Source of the DNA: Patescibacteria group bacterium
GTDB taxonomy: Bacteria; Patescibacteriota; Patescibacteriia; Patescibacteriales; UBA12075
Length of the DNA: 64,000 bases
Direction: 5' to 3'
Assembly (NCBI GenBank): GCA_018897195.1
Contig: JAHILH010000001.1
Span: 220,565 to 284,564, forward strand
Part shown: in pieces, positions 27,320 through 35,262 of the stretch
How positions within the stretch are numbered: position 1 is the first letter of the stretch
Layout of the letters: the number at the start of each line of letters is the position of its first letter
The notes under the pieces: model-generated
What the model was told of the DNA's origin: nothing
Seen by the model: the letters and a program-made list of their open reading frames with translations, nothing else
Databases searched by the model: none
Translations under genes and position numbers: made by a program

Positions 27320-28375
27320 TTAATTACCCATCATTCCATCCATTTTCTCATGACACTTTTGGCACTTTCCGCCTTTATCCATCCGAGCAATATTATAACC
27401 TTTTCTCTCAATCACCATCTTACCACAATGTTTGCAATAAGTATTTTCCAAATTTTTTTCCAAAACATTCCCCACATATACATATTTCAAACCCTCTTCT
27501 TTGCCAATATCATAGGCGCGTTTAATTTTAACAATGGACGTGTCTGGTAAATTTTGCAATTTCCAAGAAATCGCGCCAGAAAAAGCGCTGACATGCCACG
27601 GCACAAAATCACCTAATTCTTTTTTAATAAATCTTGCTACTTGTCGTAGCATTTCTTCATCATCAGATAAAGTGGGGATTACTAATGTTGTAATTTCTAA
27701 CCAAATTCCACGCCTAACCAATTTTTTACAATTCTCTAAAATCGGCTTCAGGTGTGCCCCGCAATTATTACGGTAAAATTCATCATTGAAGGACTTAATG
27801 TCAATATTTATCGCATCTAAATATGGAATAATTAAATCCAAGGCCTGATCTGACATAAACCCATTGGACACCCAAACATTTTTCAATCCGGCCTTTCGCG
27901 CTAGCTTCATTGTATCCAAGGCATATTCCAAAAATATCGTCGGCTCATTATAGGTATAGGCAATCGATTTACAGTCATTCACCTGCGCTTGTCGGACCAC
28001 TTCCTCAGGGCTTAATTGATAACCCCAATCAATTTCATTATATTTATCAACTGATCCCTTCAGTCCATAAATCTGTGAAATATTAAAATTCTGACAGTTG
28101 GCACAGCGAAAATTACAACCCAAGGTCCCCAAAGAAAATGCCTTGCTGTCTGGTAGAAAATGAAACAATGGCTTCTTTTCGATCGGGTCAATATTGACTG
28201 CTATGATTTTGCCAAAAACCAAAAGAGATAATTTTCCCTTCTGGTTTTTTCTCACTCCGCAAATTCCTACCTGCCCCTCACTAATTATGCAAAAATGATG
28301 GCAATTTTGACATTGCACCTTTTCTTCGTCAATTTTTTTATAATTTAGACATTCTTGCATAATTATTTCATTCAT
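27320..28375 (-). CDS. AmmeMemoRadiSam-system-type radical SAM enzyme (PflA-like activase family)
   Basis: 351 aa. N-terminal CQNCHHFC...GICGVR, radical SAM CNFRCANCQN (CX3CX2C) and a C-terminal CKHCG...CQKCH zinc ribbon. Confidence 0.75.
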   Translation of the reverse strand: MNEIIMQECLNYKKIDEEKVQCQNCHHFCIISEGQVGICGVRKNQKGKLSLLVFGKIIAVNIDPIEKKPLFHFLPDSKAFSLGTLGCNFRCANCQNFNISQIYGLKGSVDKYNEIDWGYQLSPEEVVRQAQVNDCKSIAYTYNEPTIFLEYALDTMKLARKAGLKNVWVSNGFMSDQALDLIIPYLDAINIDIKSFNDEFYRNNCGAHLKPILENCKKLVRRGIWLEITTLVIPTLSDDEEMLRQVARFIKKELGDFVPWHVSAFSGAISWKLQNLPDTSIVKIKRAYDIGKEEGLKYVYVGNVLEKNLENTYCKHCGKMVIERKGYNIARMDKGGKCQKCHEKMDGMMGN

Positions 28376-28433
28376 TAAGATTATATAACATACACATTAT
28401 AACTACATTAAGTATTAATATAATCTACTATAG

Positions 28434-28462
28434 AAAAAAAAATACGGCCATCGCTGACCGTA
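28434..28462 (-). terminator. Rho-independent terminator after the polyferredoxin gene
   Basis: tacgg-N10-ccgta stem followed by T9 on the minus strand. Confidence 0.65.
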
Positions 28463-28485
28463 TTTTAAGATATATTTATGGGATT

Positions 28486-29625
28486 TTATTTATTCGCAAA
28501 GTAATCACTAATCACCGCTCGAAAATCTTCAGTCTCCAAAACAGCACCTTCGGCATTTTTCAAATCATATTGGATACCGATATTTTTTAACATCAAAGAA
28601 GAATCAATATCTTTCGGTAAATTCAATTCATTAACAAACACTTCAAGAGGCACTTTGGAATCTTCAACTACTTTTTTAAGTGTATTACTACCACGAATAT
28701 TCGCCACATCAATTACACCTTTTGTGTTTACAATATTTGAAGGTGCCATTGTTTCCCAAAACGGTGTCACAACCACAATCGCCAAAGGCACAAGAAAGCT
28801 AAGCACTGCGATAATTCCAAATGTTTTTTTGCTCAACAACTTATTAAAAACCCGTGCACTCAAGCTATCACTAGGGCAATCACTAACGCAATTCAAGCAA
28901 CTAATGCAGTCAGCTGACTTAATTGCTTCCGCCGTTTGAATATCCAGATTGGCCGGACACACCTTATCGCAATTGCCACAGGACGTGCAAGTTGACGACT
29001 CGCGCTTAATTTTAAACGGACTAATTTTTTTAACGATACCCAAGAAGGCACCCATCGGACAAGCGTATCGACACCACCAACTTTTTGAAAACAAAGCTGA
29101 TACCAATACTATGCCCAAGATGGCATAAGCAGCCACCTTTTCCTCGAATTCATTACCAAAATGCATCAAGGCATTGTATGGGTCATAGTCTCGGAAAAAT
29201 AAATCACCCACTCTATATGAATAATAAACAATAAAAGCTAATACAAGATATTTCAAATAGCGTGCATATTTATCAATACTCCTTGGTAATTCAATATCTT
29301 TCTTAATCCCCAACTTGCGACCAATCGCTCGCAACCATTCCTGCAAAGCGCCCAGTGGGCAAAAATAGGAACAAAAGACACGGCCAAACAGCACAGTCGT
29401 CAAAAGTGTAATTCCCATCAAAAGAAAAGCGCTTGTCCATATTCTTTTTAAATAATCACCGGTTTCTATTTTTGTCAAAAAACTTTCCACAGCCCCAAAT
29501 GGACAATAAGCATCGATAGAAGCAGCCTTTTCAATGCCATATTTTAAATGACTCAATGAAAGGAAGATGAGTAAGGCGAAAACTGAAACCTGTACAATAA
29601 AACGAAATGTAAATATTTTTTTCAT
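28486..29625 (-). CDS. Membrane-bound polyferredoxin (NapH/NosR/MauN-like 4Fe-4S protein) with C-terminal soluble domain
   Basis: 379 aa. CPFGAVE, CSYFCPLGALQEW and CRYACPMGAF membrane CxxCP motifs, plus two ferredoxin motifs, CTSCGNCDKVCP and CISCLNCVSDCP. Confidence 0.75.
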   Translation of the reverse strand: MKKIFTFRFIVQVSVFALLIFLSLSHLKYGIEKAASIDAYCPFGAVESFLTKIETGDYLKRIWTSAFLLMGITLLTTVLFGRVFCSYFCPLGALQEWLRAIGRKLGIKKDIELPRSIDKYARYLKYLVLAFIVYYSYRVGDLFFRDYDPYNALMHFGNEFEEKVAAYAILGIVLVSALFSKSWWCRYACPMGAFLGIVKKISPFKIKRESSTCTSCGNCDKVCPANLDIQTAEAIKSADCISCLNCVSDCPSDSLSARVFNKLLSKKTFGIIAVLSFLVPLAIVVVTPFWETMAPSNIVNTKGVIDVANIRGSNTLKKVVEDSKVPLEVFVNELNLPKDIDSSLMLKNIGIQYDLKNAEGAVLETEDFRAVISDYFANK

Positions 29626-29630
29626 ATTTT

Positions 29631-30596
29631 TTAACCGCGTTTAAGATAGACTTTAACAAAGCTACTCTTTAACTCTCCGGCTTTTTTTGATAATTCCTCA
29701 GTTTTATTATTATTGGCCAAGTCTAGAAGACTATCAAGATTGGCTCTAATTGCTTTTATCTCGTCATCATTCGCTGTTTCCTCTACCGCTTTTAATTTCT
29801 CGTCAATCTCCGGATAAACGTCAATTACCCCTTGAGCATCTTTGGCGTCAGCCGCTGCAATAGCTTTTTCCATGGCATCATGAAAATCAACCAAGGCCAC
29901 AGCTAACATTGAGAAATTATTACGCTTTAACATGTCTTGAAAAATCGGTCGCACATCTTCTAGCTCTTTATGCAAAGCCAACAAATCGCCATTATAGATT
30001 TTATCTTTAGCATTGACTATTTTCTCTGAGATATTTTTAATATCATCGTTAAATTGAGAGTCTTTACGAATAACATAGGGATGATAAACACTGTATTTAT
30101 CACTATACTTCTTATACTCAATTACTAATTTTTCATAATTATCAATACTTTCCGGTCGTAAATCTTTACCAGTATTAAAAAGCGTCTGCTTGTAATAATT
30201 ATTCATCCGGTTGTAATCTTCTAAGAAAAATTTCTTGGTGAAAAAATTACTATAATAAGCGCCAATAGTTGGCAACATCACTAAAACAACCACAAAGAAA
30301 TAAATAATTTTTTTTCCTAAAGCTGAAGGAAATTTTACCACCGTGCTAAAATTAATTATTTTATAAAGCGCACAAAAACCGGTTATCGCTGTGAATAAAG
30401 TGACCCCGCCGACAATATAGAGAACCAGAGACAGCGTGCCACTAACCCAAAAAAAGGCTAGTAATAAAAAAAGTTCGCCCAATGCGACCCGGATTAAGCG
30501 ATCTAAGAGATTTTCATTTTGCAGTTTTTGCATAAAAAATAATATTAATAATAATGTTAAACTATGTTCTATCATTACTACGTAAGTAAATAACAT
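29631..30596 (-). CDS. DUF2892 (YgaP-like) membrane domain fused to a ~200-aa helical soluble domain
   Basis: DRLIRVALG...ITGFCALYKI matches the DUF2892 pattern. The likely start is MQKLQ at 30533. There are 5 nt between its stop and the polyferredoxin start. Confidence 0.55.
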   Translation of the reverse strand: MLFTYVVMIEHSLTLLLILFFMQKLQNENLLDRLIRVALGELFLLLAFFWVSGTLSLVLYIVGGVTLFTAITGFCALYKIINFSTVVKFPSALGKKIIYFFVVVLVMLPTIGAYYSNFFTKKFFLEDYNRMNNYYKQTLFNTGKDLRPESIDNYEKLVIEYKKYSDKYSVYHPYVIRKDSQFNDDIKNISEKIVNAKDKIYNGDLLALHKELEDVRPIFQDMLKRNNFSMLAVALVDFHDAMEKAIAAADAKDAQGVIDVYPEIDEKLKAVEETANDDEIKAIRANLDSLLDLANNNKTEELSKKAGELKSSFVKVYLKRG

Positions 30597-30605
30597 TTTC
30601 TTTCA

Positions 30606-30636
30606 AATAAAAAAACCGCAGGGCGAACCATGCGGT
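30606..30636 (-). terminator. Rho-independent terminator of the 30657-31172 gene
   Basis: accgca-N10-tgcggt stem (30615-30620 / 30631-30636) followed by T8 on the minus strand. Confidence 0.75.
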
Positions 30637-30656
30637 GTTAAACGTTTGTAAAAAAC

Positions 30657-31172
30657 TTACTCAGTCCTTTTTTCTTTTGCTTTTTCAAAGAAGGCGAGGC
30701 ACTCTTTTTCGTCGGCAATTAAATCCTTGAAGGCGAACGCATCAATGCCTTCTATAAGAATTGTCACCTTCTCTTCGCCGTGAACGAGCTTATTGATATT
30801 GCCGTAATCGCAATCTCCTTCATACATGACGTCTTTACACTCAAGCCCATTTTTTAGGGCATAGGCAACTATTGGTGAGCTTGGCTTTTCGAAGAGGTAT
30901 TTACCGTTAGGCAATATAATTCGTGTTGCCTGACCCCGTTTTACCTTGGCCAATATTTGACAAACAGCCTCAATAGATTTATCGCTGACTTCTTGTTTTG
31001 GCGGAAATTCACCAGGGGTTGCAAATGCTTTCCGCATCAGAACGATTGATAACAATTCGGCCACTTCTCGCCCGTAGCATTTTTCTACGTAGTCAAAGGC
31101 TCCGGTGCCTTCAATCTCGAACATTCTGGCTGCCTCATTCAAGTCAGACAACGTCAAGTTTTTTTTACTCAT
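30657..31172 (-). CDS. Hypothetical cytoplasmic protein (171 aa)
   Basis: The track ORF starts at GTG 31181, but AAGGAG sits 8 nt before the ATG at 31172, which is the preferred start. No family recognised. Confidence 0.55.
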   Translation of the reverse strand: MSKKNLTLSDLNEAARMFEIEGTGAFDYVEKCYGREVAELLSIVLMRKAFATPGEFPPKQEVSDKSIEAVCQILAKVKRGQATRIILPNGKYLFEKPSSPIVAYALKNGLECKDVMYEGDCDYGNINKLVHGEEKVTILIEGIDAFAFKDLIADEKECLAFFEKAKEKRTE

Positions 31173-31249
31173 TTGATTCACTCCTTATGTTGTGTTTGAT
31201 AAAAAAGACAAACAAATATATGCTTAAAAAGAACTGCGTTTAATACTCC

Positions 31250-31278
31250 AAGTTAGCACAAAAACCTAAGCTTGTCAA
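31250..31278 (-). promoter_or_regulatory. Sigma-70-type promoter (extended -10) of the 171-aa gene
   Basis: Minus strand reads TTGACA (31273-31278), 17 nt ending TGc, TAACTT (31250-31255). The 21-nt motif shared with the response-regulator promoter follows. Confidence 0.55.
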
Positions 31279-31344
31279 ACATATGCTTAATATAAAAACA
31301 ACCCGCATGTATTACGGGCTGTTTTAAACGTTTTGGAATAAATC

Positions 31345-31467
31345 TTAATTCTTCTTTCTCTTTGCCGCTTTTTCTTCAAGCATAACACGCTTGATTTCTA
31401 ATCTTTTTGCTGTTTTGTGTGAGTGCGATTTTTTACCTTTTCCCACGCCAGTGTCTCTTTTTGCCAT
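31345..31467 (-). CDS. Small ORF missing from the track: 40-aa lysine/arginine-rich peptide
   Basis: Hand translation gives MAKRDTGVGKGKKSHSHKTAKRLEIKRVMLEEKAAKRKKN*. It is too short for the ORF track. A hairpin plus T-run (31292-31321) follows on the minus strand. No obvious SD. Confidence 0.35.
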   Translation of the reverse strand: MAKRDTGVGKGKKSHSHKTAKRLEIKRVMLEEKAAKRKKN

Positions 31468-31594
31468 GTTTTTTTCATTAGGAGCTACTCATTTATTAAA
31501 TATATGGAGCAAATCCTTATTACAAATTTATAATAATCTTAATATGTATAATACTTTAACACAAATGTATAAATATTTCAAGGGCTGGCAGTTA

Positions 31595-31623
31595 TTGACA
31601 AATACGAGAATAATTGCTTAAAT
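31595..31623 (+). promoter_or_regulatory. Candidate promoter of the 91-aa gene
   Basis: TTGACA (31595-31600), 17 nt, TTAAAT (31618-31623). Confidence 0.4.
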
Positions 31624-31681
31624 ATGTAAATCATGTTCACGGCAAACTACAGATAAACAATATTTAAACGGAGAAAAAAAC

Positions 31682-31957
31682 ATGGACAACAACAAAAGAA
31701 TGCTTGTGTTGGAGATTGGTCAATCCGTGAAAATCGGTGAAAAAACCTTCCTAATGGCATCCATGTCTCGGAAGGGAGACGACATTGTTTGTGAACTAAA
31801 AAATGGCCCAACAGTGTCCATTTCCCAGAGAAATATGCCCGAACATTTGGCTGAGATAAAAAAGGTGCATCACAGAAAACCACCCCGTATTCTCGGCACA
31901 GTAATCGACGAAGCTGCCAGGGTGGTTACAAAAAAACAACCAATGAATAGGAGATAA
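31682..31957 (+). CDS. Small protein (91 aa) with faint CsrA-like N-terminal pattern and basic C-terminal tail
   Basis: GGAG lies 8 nt upstream and the gene has its own terminator. MLVLEIGQSVKIGE...KGDDIV...GPTVSISQRNM resembles CsrA [16 protein letters not shown]...[22 protein letters not shown] by eye only. Confidence 0.5.
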   Translation: MDNNKRMLVLEIGQSVKIGEKTFLMASMSRKGDDIVCELKNGPTVSISQRNMPEHLAEIKKVHHRKPPRILGTVIDEAARVVTKKQPMNRR

Positions 31958-31980
31958 AAAAAATTCTCAGTAAAAGACAA

Positions 31981-32008
31981 AACCCAAGACGCGCGCTTGG
32001 GTTTTTTA
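31981..32008 (+). terminator. Rho-independent terminator of the 91-aa gene
   Basis: aacccaag-acgcgcg-cttgggtt stem followed by a T-run. Confidence 0.8.
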
Positions 32009-32021
32009 ATTTTTGAAATTT

Positions 32022-32059
32022 AAAAAAAATAGGGCTACTTAATATTTCATAAGTAGCCC
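32022..32059 (-). terminator. Rho-independent terminator of the 72-aa gene
   Basis: gggctactta-N8-taagtagccc 10-bp stem followed by T8 on the minus strand. Confidence 0.8.
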
Positions 32060-32103
32060 ATTGGTAAGCATAATTTATCCCAAGTTAATACATTTTATTT
32101 TTG

Positions 32104-32322
32104 TCACACACTTATAACTTTGCCGCCTGGCCCACTAACTGTTATCATGGCCATAAAGAGCAACCCCTTTCGTTCAGTGGCAATTGCAGCTCTTGGGCCA
32201 TCGAAACCAGCCTTGGTTAATTGATTTCTGATTTCATCAACTGAACGAGTTGAGTGTGCAATTTTTTTTACAATCTCAGTCGCCTCTTCAACAGAAAGCC
32301 GGCTAATATCATTTGCGACCAT
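32104..32322 (-). CDS. Hypothetical small protein (72 aa)
   Basis: AAGGAG lies 7 nt before the ATG, with a dedicated terminator. No family recognised. Confidence 0.5.
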   Translation of the reverse strand: MVANDISRLSVEEATEIVKKIAHSTRSVDEIRNQLTKAGFDGPRAAIATERKGLLFMAMITVSGPGGKVISV

Positions 32323-32499
32323 TGTTACTCTCCTTTCATTATAAAAGGTTTATAAAAAGAACCGTTATTATTATAATAATTTACATACACTACCTTGTTT
32401 TTTACAGTTTGTCAAGTAAGTGCCTAGTAGGCATAATTATATAAATAAAAAAATAGCTAAATATAGCTATTTTTTTATGTGAACTAATTTTACGTTACT

Positions 32500-33570
32500 T
32501 TATTCCTCGCTAGTTGTGCTTGCAATATCTTCGTCATCTTCCTTTTCAGTAGAGCTATCCTTATCGCGCCCATTACCTTTTTTCTCACCTTCCCCATTCT
32601 CAAGTTTCTTGCCTTTTTCCATTTTAAACTCCTTTTTCTCTTCTTTTTCAATCTTGTTCTCTACTTTTTCCAATGCCTTTTCAGCTTGCATGGCATGCTG
32701 CCTAGCTTGCACCCAATGTTCTTTTGAAATAGATGAGCTAGCTTTATCCATAAAAGAATTAAATTTTATCAATTCGGTTGTTGAGGCTAATCCGTTTTGT
32801 GATGCCTCTTGTAGTTGCTTTCGCGCCTGAAGCATGGCCGCCTCGGCTTCTTTTTTAAATTCCTCAGACTTGCCGATTCGATCCTCATTATCCTCCATCT
32901 CACTCTTAATTTTCTCAATTTTTTCTTTCCACGTTTTTCGCGCTTCGGTACTTGTGGCGTTTACCGCCATTGAGTCTAAATTATTTTCCAAATCAGTTTT
33001 AGCTTTCTCAATTTTATTTTGCAATTCTTTGGCTAGAGCATTTACATTCTTACCATGACTTCTTTCCCCTTCAATAATACTAGCTGTTTGAGATGCGTGT
33101 TTTGTTAGATTAGCCAAAGCAATTTCTAAACCCTTGGGATCAATTCCTTTTTCGCTTAACATTTTTTGAACTTCCTCAACTCTATCATTTGCATACTTGG
33201 CATGAAGCTTGGCTTTAGCAGTATTATTAAAAGTAACTGCCTCCCTAACTTCTTCTGTCAATATTTTGACTGGATACAAGGCATCACTGGGAAGACTTGT
33301 TTGAGAAGCAGCTGCGACTCCACCTCCGGTTGTAATAAGCGCGATTAAAACAATAATAAATGCTGGCATAGATTTAAAGTTTAGTTTATTAAAATTTATA
33401 AATTTATTTAGGGACTCCATATTAAATAGACGTTGAACTTCTTTTTTCATTACAGGATTATTTGTCATGAAAATATTTAGTTCACCTCTAAAATCAACCA
33501 AGAATTGCTTATTCATATCTTCAGTTCTTAGCTTCTTTATTTTTCTGATTGTAAATACTTCCTTAAACAT
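32500..33570 (-). CDS. Putative anti-sigma factor / DUF5667-like single-pass membrane protein
   Basis: 356 aa. Overlaps the ECF sigma stop by 8 nt. One TM helix, then LPSDALYPVKILTEEVREAV (a DUF5667-like motif) and a long coiled-coil, Glu/Lys-rich ectodomain. Confidence 0.6.
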   Translation of the reverse strand: MFKEVFTIRKIKKLRTEDMNKQFLVDFRGELNIFMTNNPVMKKEVQRLFNMESLNKFINFNKLNFKSMPAFIIVLIALITTGGGVAAASQTSLPSDALYPVKILTEEVREAVTFNNTAKAKLHAKYANDRVEEVQKMLSEKGIDPKGLEIALANLTKHASQTASIIEGERSHGKNVNALAKELQNKIEKAKTDLENNLDSMAVNATSTEARKTWKEKIEKIKSEMEDNEDRIGKSEEFKKEAEAAMLQARKQLQEASQNGLASTTELIKFNSFMDKASSSISKEHWVQARQHAMQAEKALEKVENKIEKEEKKEFKMEKGKKLENGEGEKKGNGRDKDSSTEKEDDEDIASTTSEE

Positions 33571-34060
33571 ATAATTGGTTTCTTATTTTTTTTAATCCTC
33601 GATGACATATGACGCGAATATTGTTTGGATTTTTATCCATCATTGTAGCAATTTCCTTAACACTTAAATCGTCAATATATCTCATATACACAATTTCACG
33701 TTCATTGTCTGTTTCAAGACTTTCAATAGCTGCTTTAATTTTTTTCACCTCTATCTTATCTGACGTACTATCAGCCAAATCATTACTTGATGGCTCATTT
33801 GCCCCCAAGTCATCCAAGGCAATATCAGATCGACTTTTCTTCCGGTAAAAATCAATAATGAGATTCCTGGCCACCATATAAACAAATGCTCGAAGATTTT
33901 CAATTTTTTGTTCATTGACTAAGGACTTCCAAGTTCGCAAAAAAGTCTCTTGAAAAATATCCTGCGCCTCCTTGTTATTAGACACGCGAAAACTAATATG
34001 GCGCATAACCTGCTCACCATATTTATCATAAATCTCTAAAAACATTTTTTCTTCGTCCAT
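33563..34060 (-). CDS. ECF-type RNA polymerase sigma factor
   Basis: 165 aa with region 2 (AQDIFQETFLRTWKSL...DFYRKK) and region 4 (REIVYMRYIDDLSVKEIATMMDKNPNNIRVICHRGLKKIR). Confidence 0.9.
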   Translation of the reverse strand: MDEEKMFLEIYDKYGEQVMRHISFRVSNNKEAQDIFQETFLRTWKSLVNEQKIENLRAFVYMVARNLIIDFYRKKSRSDIALDDLGANEPSSNDLADSTSDKIEVKKIKAAIESLETDNEREIVYMRYIDDLSVKEIATMMDKNPNNIRVICHRGLKKIRNQLYV

Positions 34061-34208
34061 ATCTATTTAGACGAATATAATCGTCTTTCATTACAAGATT
34101 ATTTTTATTTTATCATTAAAAGTTAAAATAAACAATAAAATTAGCAAAAAATAAGATAATAAAAAAGCGTGCTTTATAGGCAACGCTTTTGTTTAAATTT
34201 AACCTCTT

Positions 34209-34553
34209 TTACCTCTCAATCAAATTCTTTAAGGCCTCAGTTTGGACTGGTTTTGAAAAGATGGCCAAAAAAATATTTTGATCATCTTTATTTATCCTTT
34301 CGGGACTAGCGGTTATCATTATTACGGGAATTTTAATCCCTTTTTCTTGAATTGCTTTTGCGAACTCAACTCCATCCATTTGCGGTCTGCGATAATCCGT
34401 GAGAATATAATCAAAATCGGGATTACCAACTAGGTGCACCAGCGCCTCCAGGGAACAATCGGCAATTGTCACCATGTGGCCGGCATCTTCTAGGACAGGC
34501 TTTAGAAACCCGCGAATCACGGGACTGTCATCGACTAATAAAATTTTTTTCAT
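34209..34553 (-). CDS. Single-domain (CheY-like) response regulator receiver protein
   Basis: The track ORF runs to 34580. The preferred start is MKKILLVDDSP at 34553, with GGGAGG 6 nt upstream. It has the DD...D...K receiver pattern and no output domain. Confidence 0.85.
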   Translation of the reverse strand: MKKILLVDDSPVIRGFLKPVLEDAGHMVTIADCSLEALVHLVGNPDFDYILTDYRRPQMDGVEFAKAIQEKGIKIPVIMITASPERINKDDQNIFLAIFSKPVQTEALKNLIER

Positions 34554-34619
34554 TACTGGCCTCCCTTGTTTATATAACAAGATATAAAGTTTTATTCTTA
34601 AAAAGAACTACGTCATAGA

Positions 34620-34647
34620 AGATTAACACATTTTAAGTCCATGTCAA
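34620..34647 (-). promoter_or_regulatory. Sigma-70-type promoter (extended -10) of the response-regulator gene
   Basis: Minus strand reads TTGACA (34642-34647), 16 nt ending TGt, TAATCT (34620-34625). The shared 21-nt motif (34593-34613) follows. Confidence 0.55.
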
Positions 34648-34740
34648 TGTATTAACAATTTAATTTATAATAAATATTAGATATAAAAAAACTTACCTAA
34701 AATTAGATAAGTTTTTTTAAATTATTCATATTCCAATTGT

Positions 34741-35181
34741 TTAGTTATTTGGTTGATATATTTTTCCGTCCTTAAAATTTCTAATAACCAACTCTGTCCC
34801 CTTAAATAATCTTTTCGGCAAATCATTCAAGCTCACCCAGCGCCATTCTTTGCATTTGTCCGGCTCCATAAGTTTCGGATCACCGCCATTGTACACAGCC
34901 TTGATACCAATATTAAGATAATGTTTATTGTCAGTTATAATATAACGCAATTCGTCAGCCACGGAAATCAATTCAAATTCACTCACATCAAGATCAACTT
35001 CCTCTTTTACCTCCCTCTTTGCCGTTTCAAAAATAGTCTCCCCAAACTCCAAATGCCCACCCGGAAAACTCCACTCACCCTCACCATGCGCCCCTTGTCG
35101 CAAACCAAGCAACACCTCGCCTTTGCTATTTTGAATTAACACACCAACGCCAACACGCGGTCTTATTTTTTCTGTTGTCAT
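34741..35181 (-). CDS. NUDIX hydrolase
   Basis: 146 aa with the Nudix box GGHLEFGETIFETAKREVKEEVDL. Confidence 0.9.
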   Translation of the reverse strand: MTTEKIRPRVGVGVLIQNSKGEVLLGLRQGAHGEGEWSFPGGHLEFGETIFETAKREVKEEVDLDVSEFELISVADELRYIITDNKHYLNIGIKAVYNGGDPKLMEPDKCKEWRWVSLNDLPKRLFKGTELVIRNFKDGKIYQPNN

Positions 35182-35262
35182 ATTTTTAACGACTAATTTA
35201 TTACTTTAATATTATATATCCGTATTATATCACAATTTCAAATTATTCAACATTTGTTAAAT

